From an uncultured Desulfopila sp. (GTDB lineage: Bacteria > Desulfobacterota > Desulfobulbia > Desulfobulbales > Desulfocapsaceae): a DNA stretch of 61,708 bases. Every line of letters starts with the position of its first letter. Position 1 is the first letter of the stretch. The stretch spans positions 1 through 61,708 of the forward strand of contig CAYTVF010000001.1 of NCBI GenBank assembly GCA_964441345.1, read 5' to 3'. A program made the position numbers and the translations under genes. Under the pieces are notes generated by a model. The model ran no database searches, had not been told where the DNA came from, and was given only the letters and a program-made list of their open reading frames with translations. Below, piece by piece: positions 18,594 to 27,423 of the stretch.

Positions 18594-18624
18594 AAATGTG
18601 ACCTTCCAGTTAAAGGGAACATTT
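18594..18624. promoter_or_regulatory. 31-bp inverted repeat (12-7-12), candidate recombinase binding/crossover site
   Basis: AAATGTGACCTT-CCAGTTA-AAGGGAACATTT, 23 nt upstream of the recombinase ATG; same geometry at 50909-50939. Confidence 0.5.
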
Positions 18625-18708
18625 CGCTTATATACATAATATCTATACGATTTTTACGATAAGAAATCGCCTCTCCACATTTAGATTTCATGTAGAGAGG
18701 CATTGTTT

Positions 18709-19428
18709 TTACTTCATTCCAATCGGCAATTGTTGGATATCCAAATCAATCGGGATTGCTTCCTTGCGTGACATTTGCTTCATATAGAACGGAACTCCAT
18801 TCTCTTGGCACTGGTCTCGAATAGCTCTTGCCCAATCTGCCTCCATAAAACGAGCTTGACGACCAGATTCTCCACCAGTGATGACCCAGTCAATGGTGCT
18901 GATTCCAGTGGCCAAGGATAGATTCACATGCTCCAGTAACGGCTCAACCGACAAAAATCGATGCGCAGCCGGTGTTTCCAGCAGAAGAGGAAGACGTTCG
19001 TCTGCTCGTTTTTGGTCCTCAACAGATACACCCAGCCAAGCGTTTCTAGGCATGGCACCTTCTCGTTCAACATAGGCCATCATGTAATCGTGCATTCTCT
19101 GTGCCCGTTTCGTGAAGATGAGGAATTGGTGTTGAACAGCAGTTCGAACCACTTCCATCACCATATCGATCCATTTGTCGAGCACGTCCTTGTGAAACAG
19201 ATCTCCCATAGAGCAGATGAAAACCACTTTCCTAGATTTCCAGCTATAGGGAATTTCGAGACGGTATTCGTGAAAAGTAATCTGGAAAGGGTCTTCACCA
19301 TACCCAAACCGATTCTTGAGGCGGGGTGCCATCTGTGCAGCGTAGCAATTAGCACACCCTGGTGAATGTTTGGTGCAGCCTGTTACGGGGTTCCATGTTT
19401 CGTCGCAATAGGAAATTTTTGTAGCCAT
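18709..19428 (-). CDS. DUF5131 / phage Gp37-Gp68 family three-Cys radical-SAM-like protein
   Basis: TWNPVTGCTKHSPGCANCYA, FICSMGDLFH, TKR, WLGVSVE, FLSVEPLL, WVITGGESG, VPFYMKQ. Start set at MATKIS. Confidence 0.88.
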   Translation of the reverse strand: MATKISYCDETWNPVTGCTKHSPGCANCYAAQMAPRLKNRFGYGEDPFQITFHEYRLEIPYSWKSRKVVFICSMGDLFHKDVLDKWIDMVMEVVRTAVQHQFLIFTKRAQRMHDYMMAYVEREGAMPRNAWLGVSVEDQKRADERLPLLLETPAAHRFLSVEPLLEHVNLSLATGISTIDWVITGGESGRQARFMEADWARAIRDQCQENGVPFYMKQMSRKEAIPIDLDIQQLPIGMK

Positions 19429-20010
19429 TTTATAACTCCGACAAAAGTTGATGCCTGACAATCACCATCTCCAAATAGGTGATTGCATTTCAAGCCAGGT
19501 TTTTGATCAGGCTCTTATCGGGGTTATATTTATATGAAATTTCTTTTTTTGAGGTATACACCTGGAATACTAGCGAATAAGCATTGAAAACTGAAATGAA
19601 CAATGGGCTTCAAGAAATCAGCAGGGTTTTCTGTGTTAATTTCATGACAAAGATCTGCATAATTATTATTTTCTTCTCAATCAGATCGGTGATAACTATT
19701 TAAATTGGACCATGTTGTTGAGTCTTTTCTTCAATCGTATCATTTCAGCGTAATACTCCAATAGTCACACTTTTACAGATATAAATATTTTCATAAAAGT
19801 TTGACATTATCAGCCATTGACTGTTGCCGGGGTCCGGTAACACGAGCTGAATATAATACAGTAACTTGCTATAGAAGCAAAGTCAGCAAAGGGTTGGAGC
19901 GATATCACCTTTGGTCTCCCGAGGGGTCCTTGGGTTTAATCCAATGAGTATCACTCGGAAGAATATCAGTATAAAGAACCAGCTCAAAACACACCTGAAA
20001 GAAACATAAG

Positions 20011-20120
20011 TGTAACATTTCCTCCATTTTTTTATTTTTTGCCAGGAGGTGGACGAATTTTGCTGGCCCTGCTGACCAACCGGCCCGGGCCTTCGGGCCA
20101 GCTGGTCCACCAAAAAATCA
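20011..20120. repeat. AT-tract plus GC-rich palindromic element (ori-like), copy 1 of 3
   Basis: TGTAAC...TTTTTTTATTTTTT..AGGTGG..GACCAACCGGCCCGGGCC..GGGCCAGCTGGTCCACCAAAAAAT immediately downstream of the primase-helicase; homologous to 51362-51470 and 27086-27170. Confidence 0.75.
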
Positions 20121-20138
20121 TGCCGTGGAGGAAAAAAA

Positions 20139-23100
20139 TTATTTTTTGCTAAATTGTTCTGAAAAGGCGCTGAAGAGATTTTCTTCAAAGGTTTTTTGCA
20201 ACAGTGCGTCTTTCACCTGCGGCGCTCCTGTTGGTGCTGTTTGACCATCCTGCATTTCTTTCGGCTGGAACACAAACTCACCTTGGAAGCCATTTGTTGT
20301 TGCTGGCAAGGCGTCTTTCTCTTCAAAGAAATCCTTGTGGAGCTGCAGTACTCGGGGTCGCTTGCTACCCAGACCTTTCATTCGAACTGTATTTCCTCCT
20401 GAAGGGTCAGGTACGAGATGCTTTCTCTCGGCCAGGCGCAAGATGAGCGTTTTCAAGCTAATGGAAATGGGTCTATCCCTTCCTCCAACGCGTTGAGCGA
20501 TGTTGAAGGCGGCCTCCGACTCCAGGTAAATGAAGTTATGATCAGCCCAACCGATCTGCGAGCCTTGAGGGGAGTAAGAATTGCTTGATACACCGGTTTC
20601 ATCTTTTTGCCCTTGAAATGTTTTCCAACCCCACTGCTCAGGAAATGGTTTTGGTGGACCTCCCTGGGTCGATTCTAAATAGGCCCACCCAAGCAAAAAT
20701 GCCGCATTCAACAAATCACGGAAACGTTCGCATGGATCGCCAGCTGTTTGCTGGGATTGCTGTCTCACTGCAGCATCAATAAGCGATGTCCAGCAATCTT
20801 TCTGGAGTACTGTTGAATCCTCTTCCGACAGCGCTCCTTGGGAAATAGCAAAGGTGCAGAAACTCTCGACCCCAATTGCCAAATCGGCGATGATATCTGG
20901 GGTTCTTGTATGTGTTTTCTCGGCCTCAACAGCTTTGGCACGAAGTTCGGCTTTATGCGGAGGTAGAGTTTTTTTCAGATCATCGATTTGTGGAGCAAGC
21001 CACTGGAGATAATGGAACATCACGCCAGCAAATACCCCTTGTGATGCCAACTGCTGAAGTTCCGTGAGCACATTCAGATCGACATCACCTTCGGCAATCT
21101 CCAGAACTAACATCCGACCAGTCAAACTTTGTCCTGATGGCACATCTTCAGCGGTGCTGACAATAAGCGCTCTTGGGTAGTATTCCTGATGGAAACTTAT
21201 ATCAGAGTTCATTCTTTGGCGCCCCGCTTGGTTTCCCAATGCCCGAAACACCCGATCTGCCTTTTCATTCATCTTGCGAGAATTATCGCCCGGTAAATAG
21301 TCGTCGATAACAACCAATGTATCTTTGGTCAGGTAGGTGAGTTTCTCAATCGCATTTGCGGTCGAAGCCCAATTGGTTGGCAGTTTTTTACCGTTGAACG
21401 TGCTCCCAAAAAACGATTGAGCTATGGCAGCAACCTCTGTTTTCCTCGTTCCTGTGGCTCCAACAATGAAAAGCGCGAACGTGACTGGCAATGGCTCTCC
21501 CAGTGGAGCTCTAAACACTGCGGATAAAAGTGGATATGCAATGCGCTTAGGAAGCAGTTTTAACAGTAATAAACTGTTGTGAATCGCCTCTGAAACCGAT
21601 ATCCCATTACTTGGTTCTGGGATCGAAAAGGCAGAAAGATTGCTCGATGACAAATCGACAGTAAGCCCGTCAATATCGCCTTCCTTTCCTATTGCACCAG
21701 CTTCTGATAAAAATACCCAGTCACCAAAAGCCTTACTCCATCCGGTATGAGAGAAAATATACCTTGTCGTTATATTTTTGCTTAGATACGTAATTGCCGC
21801 TCGTAAGTTGTCCCGAGTAGAAGCTCCAGCTGAATACCAGGCTTTCGCTCCCCACATTTTCCCGATCCAGCCCATCGCCTCGAACTCCTGCACAGGAAGA
21901 ATGACGGTTGGGAGTGGTTGACCATTTTTAAGTGATCCTTCAATTCGATAATGGCGATCCGATGTCACACCATCGTCTTTGATCACCTCTTCGGTGATGA
22001 TGGCGTTAAACAATGAGAGCTGAACCAGCACCATTCCCTGGGCAGTAGCCTTATTCATGTGAATGCAATTGGAGACCACCTCGTAATTCGCGACATCGTC
22101 GAAGGACATCTCATGAGTAGCCATGAATCGATCAAGCACCGGCCTTATTTCTCCTTTCGAAATCCCTGCTTTCTTCAGAGCATTTGTCACAGTTATATAG
22201 TCGCCTTTCGACTTGATTTTCAACAGGGCCAATGCGGCAAGGTTATCATCCTCGAAGGCAATCTTCGGATTGTGTTGTGATCCGACAACTACTTTCGCCA
22301 TCTTGATATTGGCTTGCGCGATAGGATTTGGGTTTCCAAGACTGATTGGGCTTTTCCCCTTACCTTGCAGAAAACAACCGCTGCAGTATTGGCCTGCACT
22401 GAGGTCCGATAATATGCTCGCACAAGTCCTTGAACCTCCCTTGAGGGCGTTATCGATTTTTTTCTCAGTTTCAGCTGGATCGTACCCCGGATACGGTTTG
22501 CTGCGTTCATGCGCGACATTTCTACCGTCTTTGCAGCGACTCCAAATAGAACAGGCGGCGAACCATTCCGGCTCTGGCAACGTGGCTGCGTCAAAATGAC
22601 AGTGGGCTGCCCAGGAACAATGGTTTTCTATAAAATTGATATCTGCTTCCGGATAAGCATGGTCTTCACCAGTAATATTGATGGGGCTTATTGTCGGAAC
22701 TATGTTCGGAGTGGCAGGTTCAACTATCCCATCCAGGACCTCCTCTCTATCCAGGACAATCTGAAAATCCTCGATGCTGAAGAGTGCCGTTGCATCAAAT
22801 TCAATAATAAAGACTTCTTTAGCTGGGTCAGACTTGTGGTTCAACGTAGCGGGAACCCTTAATAACCGTGCAAGGTCCGAGGTGTTGTCAATCTTCCACC
22901 CGTACTTCTCTCCTTGGCCAATAATATACCGATTCACACGGCGGCTCAAATCGGCGATTTTCCTCCGATCATCTTCACCATCGATTATAAAAGGGGATGA
23001 GAATATATAGTAGACATGTATTCCACCGCCTGAACAAACGATTATTGAGGCTCGCCAAGGAAGTGAACACACAAACTTCAACGCTTCCTCAAGATCCTTG

Positions 23101-23429
23101 GGGTACTTGGTTGATTTATGATTGGACCCGAGGATATCTATGTCAACCCAAAAACCTGGCACAATCTTGACACCATCCGCATTACCGCGCTTAACTGACA
23201 CAGGAGGTTCAGCTTGTAGACAGACTTCAAAGTAGACGTCGGTGTGCTCTCTATTAGTAATGACCTCAGCGATGATGTTGTTAATATCCTGTACCGGAAA
23301 ACATTTTGCCACCATTCCAGTACGCTTGATGTCTTTCAAACAAATATTCAAAAAGGCCTGAGCCTCAATATTCTTATATAATGCCTGCAAAAAGAGGGCT
23401 ATAATAGTTTCATATGTGTCATATTTCAT
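20139..23429 (-). CDS. Primase-helicase replication protein (RepB-like/AEP primase, Cys-rich linker domain, DUF927-like helicase), copy B
   Basis: FWVDIDI, SGGGIHVYY, RLLRVPATLNHK (primase); LPEPEWF and RTC...CSGC...KSPI (Cys-rich domain); Walker A GATGTRKT and Walker B VVIDD. Confidence 0.8.
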   Translation of the reverse strand: MKYDTYETIIALFLQALYKNIEAQAFLNICLKDIKRTGMVAKCFPVQDINNIIAEVITNREHTDVYFEVCLQAEPPVSVKRGNADGVKIVPGFWVDIDILGSNHKSTKYPKDLEEALKFVCSLPWRASIIVCSGGGIHVYYIFSSPFIIDGEDDRRKIADLSRRVNRYIIGQGEKYGWKIDNTSDLARLLRVPATLNHKSDPAKEVFIIEFDATALFSIEDFQIVLDREEVLDGIVEPATPNIVPTISPINITGEDHAYPEADINFIENHCSWAAHCHFDAATLPEPEWFAACSIWSRCKDGRNVAHERSKPYPGYDPAETEKKIDNALKGGSRTCASILSDLSAGQYCSGCFLQGKGKSPISLGNPNPIAQANIKMAKVVVGSQHNPKIAFEDDNLAALALLKIKSKGDYITVTNALKKAGISKGEIRPVLDRFMATHEMSFDDVANYEVVSNCIHMNKATAQGMVLVQLSLFNAIITEEVIKDDGVTSDRHYRIEGSLKNGQPLPTVILPVQEFEAMGWIGKMWGAKAWYSAGASTRDNLRAAITYLSKNITTRYIFSHTGWSKAFGDWVFLSEAGAIGKEGDIDGLTVDLSSSNLSAFSIPEPSNGISVSEAIHNSLLLLKLLPKRIAYPLLSAVFRAPLGEPLPVTFALFIVGATGTRKTEVAAIAQSFFGSTFNGKKLPTNWASTANAIEKLTYLTKDTLVVIDDYLPGDNSRKMNEKADRVFRALGNQAGRQRMNSDISFHQEYYPRALIVSTAEDVPSGQSLTGRMLVLEIAEGDVDLNVLTELQQLASQGVFAGVMFHYLQWLAPQIDDLKKTLPPHKAELRAKAVEAEKTHTRTPDIIADLAIGVESFCTFAISQGALSEEDSTVLQKDCWTSLIDAAVRQQSQQTAGDPCERFRDLLNAAFLLGWAYLESTQGGPPKPFPEQWGWKTFQGQKDETGVSSNSYSPQGSQIGWADHNFIYLESEAAFNIAQRVGGRDRPISISLKTLILRLAERKHLVPDPSGGNTVRMKGLGSKRPRVLQLHKDFFEEKDALPATTNGFQGEFVFQPKEMQDGQTAPTGAPQVKDALLQKTFEENLFSAFSEQFSKK

Positions 23430-23550
23430 AATTATTCTCGTAAATTGTCTAAGGCTATACAGTTGAACTAAATTTATTTTCCGTCGAGCGCCGTCTGTAA
23501 TTTTCTGAATGTCCTCTTCAACCTCCTTTTCCAGATTTTTTTCTGGGCCA

Positions 23551-23701
23551 GCTCCGCGCTCACCGAGTCAGCCGTTTGTTTCTCCTGTGTCTTAAACTTG
23601 TGTCTTAAATTTTCTGTATTCTTCTTTGATTCTTTTAATGCTTCTTTTCTACGTTATGTTTGCTCATTAAATATGTGGTTTAAAGATATAGTATTATTAA
23701 C
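23551..23701. repeat. 151-bp non-coding block identical to 54915-55065
   Basis: Base-by-base visual match; contains tandem TGTGTCTTAAA at 23586 and 23599. Confidence 0.9.
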
Positions 23702-23811
23702 ATTTTTATAATTCCATAGTACACGAAGTGAGGCAAAGAGATCAAGGCATTTTTTGCAGGGTGAGAACTTTTCTCACTGGTGACTGACTTTTGTGATCCT
23801 GGAAAAAGGAC

Positions 23812-23849
23812 AAAAAAAGGGCCATCTCCCTGAAAAGGAAAATGACCCT
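23812..23849 (-). terminator. Rho-independent terminator downstream of the ssrA fragment (element-borne)
   Basis: Minus-strand stem AGGGTCAT...ATGGCCCT followed by a T-run; homologous to 55176-55214. Confidence 0.7.
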
Positions 23850-23929
23850 TTGAAAACCCGTTTGACTTGCCCACCGATCGAATACCGACCGAAGGCACAT
23901 GTCTATCGTATTGATTTTACACTACATTT

Positions 23930-23952
23930 TGGTGGAGGCGGCGGGAGTCGAA
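23930..23952 (-). repeat. att site: duplicate of the ssrA 3' end (junction between elements A and B)
   Basis: TGGTGGAGGCGGCGGGAGTCGAA is identical to 55295-55317; identity to ssrA stops at the T-loop; integrase ends 90 bp away. Confidence 0.95.
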
Positions 23953-23987
23953 GACGAAGCCGTTCACTATTTTATACCTATTATCAA

Positions 23988-24023
23988 GTGGTTATGAGAG
24001 TCGGATTAAACTCCCATAACCAC
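23988..24023. terminator. Inverted repeat between the integrase stop and the att site
   Basis: GTGGTTATGAGAGT-N8-ACTCCCATAACCAC (13/14 complementary). Confidence 0.45.
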
Positions 24024-24042
24024 CACCGAACCACCCTCCCGA

Positions 24043-25143
24043 CTACTCCTTCCTTGTATTTCTCATTTTCTGAAGAGCTTCCTTGATACGATTCATCGGC
24101 ATATCTGCGTAGAAGCGGCGAGTCATATCAACAGAAGCATGCCCAAGTACCTCCGCAACCATATCAAAACTCTCGCCGTTTTCTAAAAGATTACGAGCTT
24201 TTGAATGTCGGACGCCGTTATAAAGTTTGAATGTAGACACACCAGCAGCCTCACAAGCCTTGTGCCAAATAGCATTGATGTTTTTAGAGGTGTATCTTTT
24301 TCCGTCCTTACTTCGTACAAAGACCAGTTCTGAATTATTCTTAGGGAGTTGATTCAAGATTTCTTGGAAGAAATCAGTTATCGGATATTCTCGAGCAACT
24401 CCAGTCTTGGTCGTATTCATCAACTCATTGTCCGAAAATGCAGACTCTATGACAACAAATCCGTCTTTTATTGATTTTTTCAGCAACCCCCTAGCCTCTC
24501 CTGGCCTTACACCATATTCAACCATGAAATGGAATATGCCTCGATCTTCCTTGGGGATTTTTGAAAGAATCAACTCTTGAGTATCAAGGCTTAATGCTTT
24601 TTTCGTTTGAGTGGACTGCTTCCTCAGACTAGGGAACCTTGGCGATTTGCTAATAATTCCTTCCTCAAGAGCGTCGTTAAGCAAATTCTTGAAAGTCCCA
24701 AGAACATTAATAACACCTGCTGGGCTTCGATTGATACTTGCTTTGAAATCTTCTACTTCAACAGAGGTGATTGAATCAAGTAATCTCCGGCCAAATTTTG
24801 GTAAAATATGCTTGTTCAGGTGTGTTCGATCATCTCGAACGGTCTTTTTATACAATGAATGATTTTTAACACGTTCATCTCTTTTTTCAAGCCAGTGAAC
24901 TGAATACCATCGAATTGTTTTCAATGGCTCGTTATTATTATTCTTCTTTTTCCATTCATCAAGATCGAAGACTCCGGAATCTATCTCACCTTGGATGATT
25001 CCACGGGCTTTTTTAGCGTGTGCTTCAGATGAAAAAGCACAGTTCGATTTTTTATCGATACTGATGCAGCGTTGTTTGCCCTCCCAGTAAAGTTTGATGA
25101 TAAATTTGCCTGATCTTTTGTCTTGATGTACGGAACCGCCCAT
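24043..25143 (-). CDS. int: Tyrosine integrase of element A
   Basis: Arm-binding-like N-terminus, core-binding region (HLNKHILPKFG), GVRPGE (R), TKTG (K), LYNGVRHS (His replaced by Tyr), LGH...FY. GGAGG RBS favours the start at 25143. Confidence 0.92.
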   Translation of the reverse strand: MGGSVHQDKRSGKFIIKLYWEGKQRCISIDKKSNCAFSSEAHAKKARGIIQGEIDSGVFDLDEWKKKNNNNEPLKTIRWYSVHWLEKRDERVKNHSLYKKTVRDDRTHLNKHILPKFGRRLLDSITSVEVEDFKASINRSPAGVINVLGTFKNLLNDALEEGIISKSPRFPSLRKQSTQTKKALSLDTQELILSKIPKEDRGIFHFMVEYGVRPGEARGLLKKSIKDGFVVIESAFSDNELMNTTKTGVAREYPITDFFQEILNQLPKNNSELVFVRSKDGKRYTSKNINAIWHKACEAAGVSTFKLYNGVRHSKARNLLENGESFDMVAEVLGHASVDMTRRFYADMPMNRIKEALQKMRNTRKE

Positions 25144-26432
25144 GTAATTTCCTCCTGATTTAGAAGAAATATCACATGTTTTTAATATATTGGCCATCAT
25201 TGACCTCATTCATGAGCACGCACAAAAAAAGGACTCTGTCGCCAAATCCATGGCGCTTTTTTGAATCTGATCGTTTTTGTGACGTGGTACTACGAGGGCG
25301 GGGAATTAAAGAAGGGAACGTTCAGTTCAGGAGCTAAATAATACAGCCCCAGTAGGAGTTAGAATTTCAGTATACCCTCAAGCTCTGTTCAAATTCTAAA
25401 CCTTGGGGAATCAATAGTCAAGCACAATAATTAGCTTTAATGTTGTATATTCTTATAGTTAGACGATATATATCTAGATATTGCCCCCTATACGCTCATT
25501 ATTTTTCCAGTGCCGCTGTATATTTTTCCCATTACTCATTTTCCAGAGTTTTTTTCGATTTTTTTATAAAGATATTGTCCATAACTGATCGTCGTAAAGA
25601 CGTCATGGGTGCTCTGCACCAAACAATTGAAAGCTACTTCATGTAGCCAGGATTTTTCCCAAGAAAATCTTGAAGTCAAAAAATAAGAGTCTCTCTGGAG
25701 AAATGGTTCAACCGCCCTATCGAGTTGAATTGCCAGAGGACTACCAACAAAGTACTCCGTGAGAAGGCTTTGGGAGGGGTTGAGACTGCATTGGAACCGT
25801 TTCCGGCAAATAACCCGGTTAAACAGAGGGAAATTGACATCAGAGGATTCTGAGTGACCAGACGTACTTGATCATGAGAAATCATGATTCTATAGTTGCT
25901 GATTTGGGTTACAGCTATTGGGTGTCCATTTTTCTTGGAAGTGCGGTGACTTTGCTCGAATGCAATGTTTGGAACCAGAGGAAGCCTGAACAATTTCGCT
26001 TAAAATGCGTAAGAATATTAGGATATTCGAAGAGCTGTTCAGGTGGCAGCGGACTATAAGGGTCCACCAACGGATTAAAACATACTACATGGTTCCAATA
26101 GAATTGTCTCAATTCCTTGAAATCCACTAATAATTCGTTGGTATCGCGCAGTACGGGAAAACCGTCTGCTGTGTGGTAACCGAGGGCTGGTCATAGCAAT
26201 ATCGATCTTCTATTCGGAAGTGGTGCGCGATCAGTGCATGGTAAAACTACTATAGATGGTTTTGCTGGGTTTTAGGGGAACGGCTCCTTTCAAAGCGACT
26301 TTAATCTATGATTAAGGTAACTTTGGAAGGAGCCATTTTTTTACCTTCGGGATGGATAAGATCTCTCTCGTAATAGTGGATAACAAAGACTGTCATCAAT
26401 GGCGACTTTGAACGATTCTTTTTGAGGTTGTA

Positions 26433-27035
26433 ATGACCAAAAAAAACGATAAACATTCAACAGATACACCGGAAGAACATTTATCCAGTGCAGATCCCAT
26501 TCTGTCGCAATTAATAGTGAAATTCGGTAAATGTCCCTTGTTCCAGAGGAACTGTGACCCTTATGGGACATTGGTTCGATCCATCATCAGCCAACAACTC
26601 TCTGCTAAGGCTGCAGATACCATCGAGGGTAGAGTGCTAGCACTGGTGCATAATTTTAATCCAGTAAATATTCTCGAAATTCCCATCGATAAGTTGCGTG
26701 AGGCAGGATTATCAGCTGCCAAATCACGTTACATGCGCGAGCTTTCCTCTCGGGTAATTGATGGGCGAATGAATTTCGACGACTTGCATGCCAAATCAAA
26801 TGATGAAGCAATAACAATCCTGTCTGAGCTACCCGGAGTTGGAAGATGGACCGCCGAAATGTTCCTGATATTTGGCCTGGGAAGACCTGATGTTTTAGCT
26901 AAAGGAGATGCTGGATTGAAACGCGCCGTTAGACTTTTATACGGGGAAAAAGCTGTTTTTGAAAAAGTGGGTAAAAAATGGAAACCGTACCGATCAGTTG
27001 CCTCATGGTATTTGTGGAAGTACTTGGATAGCTGA
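26433..27035 (+). CDS. AlkA-family (HhH-GPD) DNA-3-methyladenine glycosylase
   Basis: LVRSIISQQLS, LPGVGRWTAEMFLIF, RPDVLAKGD, WKPYRSVASWYLW. Confidence 0.92.
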   Translation: MTKKNDKHSTDTPEEHLSSADPILSQLIVKFGKCPLFQRNCDPYGTLVRSIISQQLSAKAADTIEGRVLALVHNFNPVNILEIPIDKLREAGLSAAKSRYMRELSSRVIDGRMNFDDLHAKSNDEAITILSELPGVGRWTAEMFLIFGLGRPDVLAKGDAGLKRAVRLLYGEKAVFEKVGKKWKPYRSVASWYLWKYLDS

Positions 27036-27085
27036 ACAATAGAAAACCATTTCAATATTCCGGTTACACAAAAAGAAAGCCTAAA

Positions 27086-27170
27086 TGTAACACCTTTCCA
27101 TTTTTTTATTTTTTCCAAGAGGTGGAGAAATTTTGGTGGTCCAGCTGGCCCGGCTGGTCCACCAAAAAAT
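27086..27170. repeat. Orphan third copy of the ori-like palindromic element
   Basis: TGTAAC...TTTTTTTATTTTTT..AGGTGG..TTTTGGTGGTCCAGC-N7-GCTGGTCCACCAAAA (14/15 inverted repeat); no primase gene adjacent. Confidence 0.7.
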
Positions 27171-27423
27171 GGTTGTGCTCTTGGGTCTTGAGTATTTCTG
27201 TGATATTTTTAGCGGTCTGCAGAGCTTTCAGTTGCTGATTCAAAAGTATCAGCCAAAATGAGCGATTCAAAATGGAGCCATTTTTAACAGTCTTCAGGAG
27301 CCTTCCCCGCTTTATACAGCAATTCTAACATATCAGGAATTTCAGCCTGGTGAGCTGACGGATGGACTAACCTTGCCTCTTGCAATGTATAACCTAACTA
27401 TTTTTACCGCCTCTTCCCTCCAT

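Larger units (their letters stand above)
1..23929. mobile_element. Integrative element B (ssrA-targeting, tandem to element A); distal end and presumed integrase lie outside the window
   Basis: Begins directly after the ssrA 3'-end duplicate at 23930-23952. Its leader, primase-helicase, small tyrosine recombinase, TGT-like gene and resolvase are homologous and syntenic to those following the intact ssrA. Defence-type cargo; AT-richer than the core genes. Confidence 0.85.

Noticed and set aside
19883-20188. 101-aa ORF after the primase (and 51389-51595)
   Set aside because: Both overlie the palindromic repeat and are not conserved as ORFs between the two elements.
23793-24086. 97-aa ORF with a poly-Gly run (and 55227-55439)
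   Set aside because: They read across the att/tmRNA sequence on the antisense strand; artefacts.
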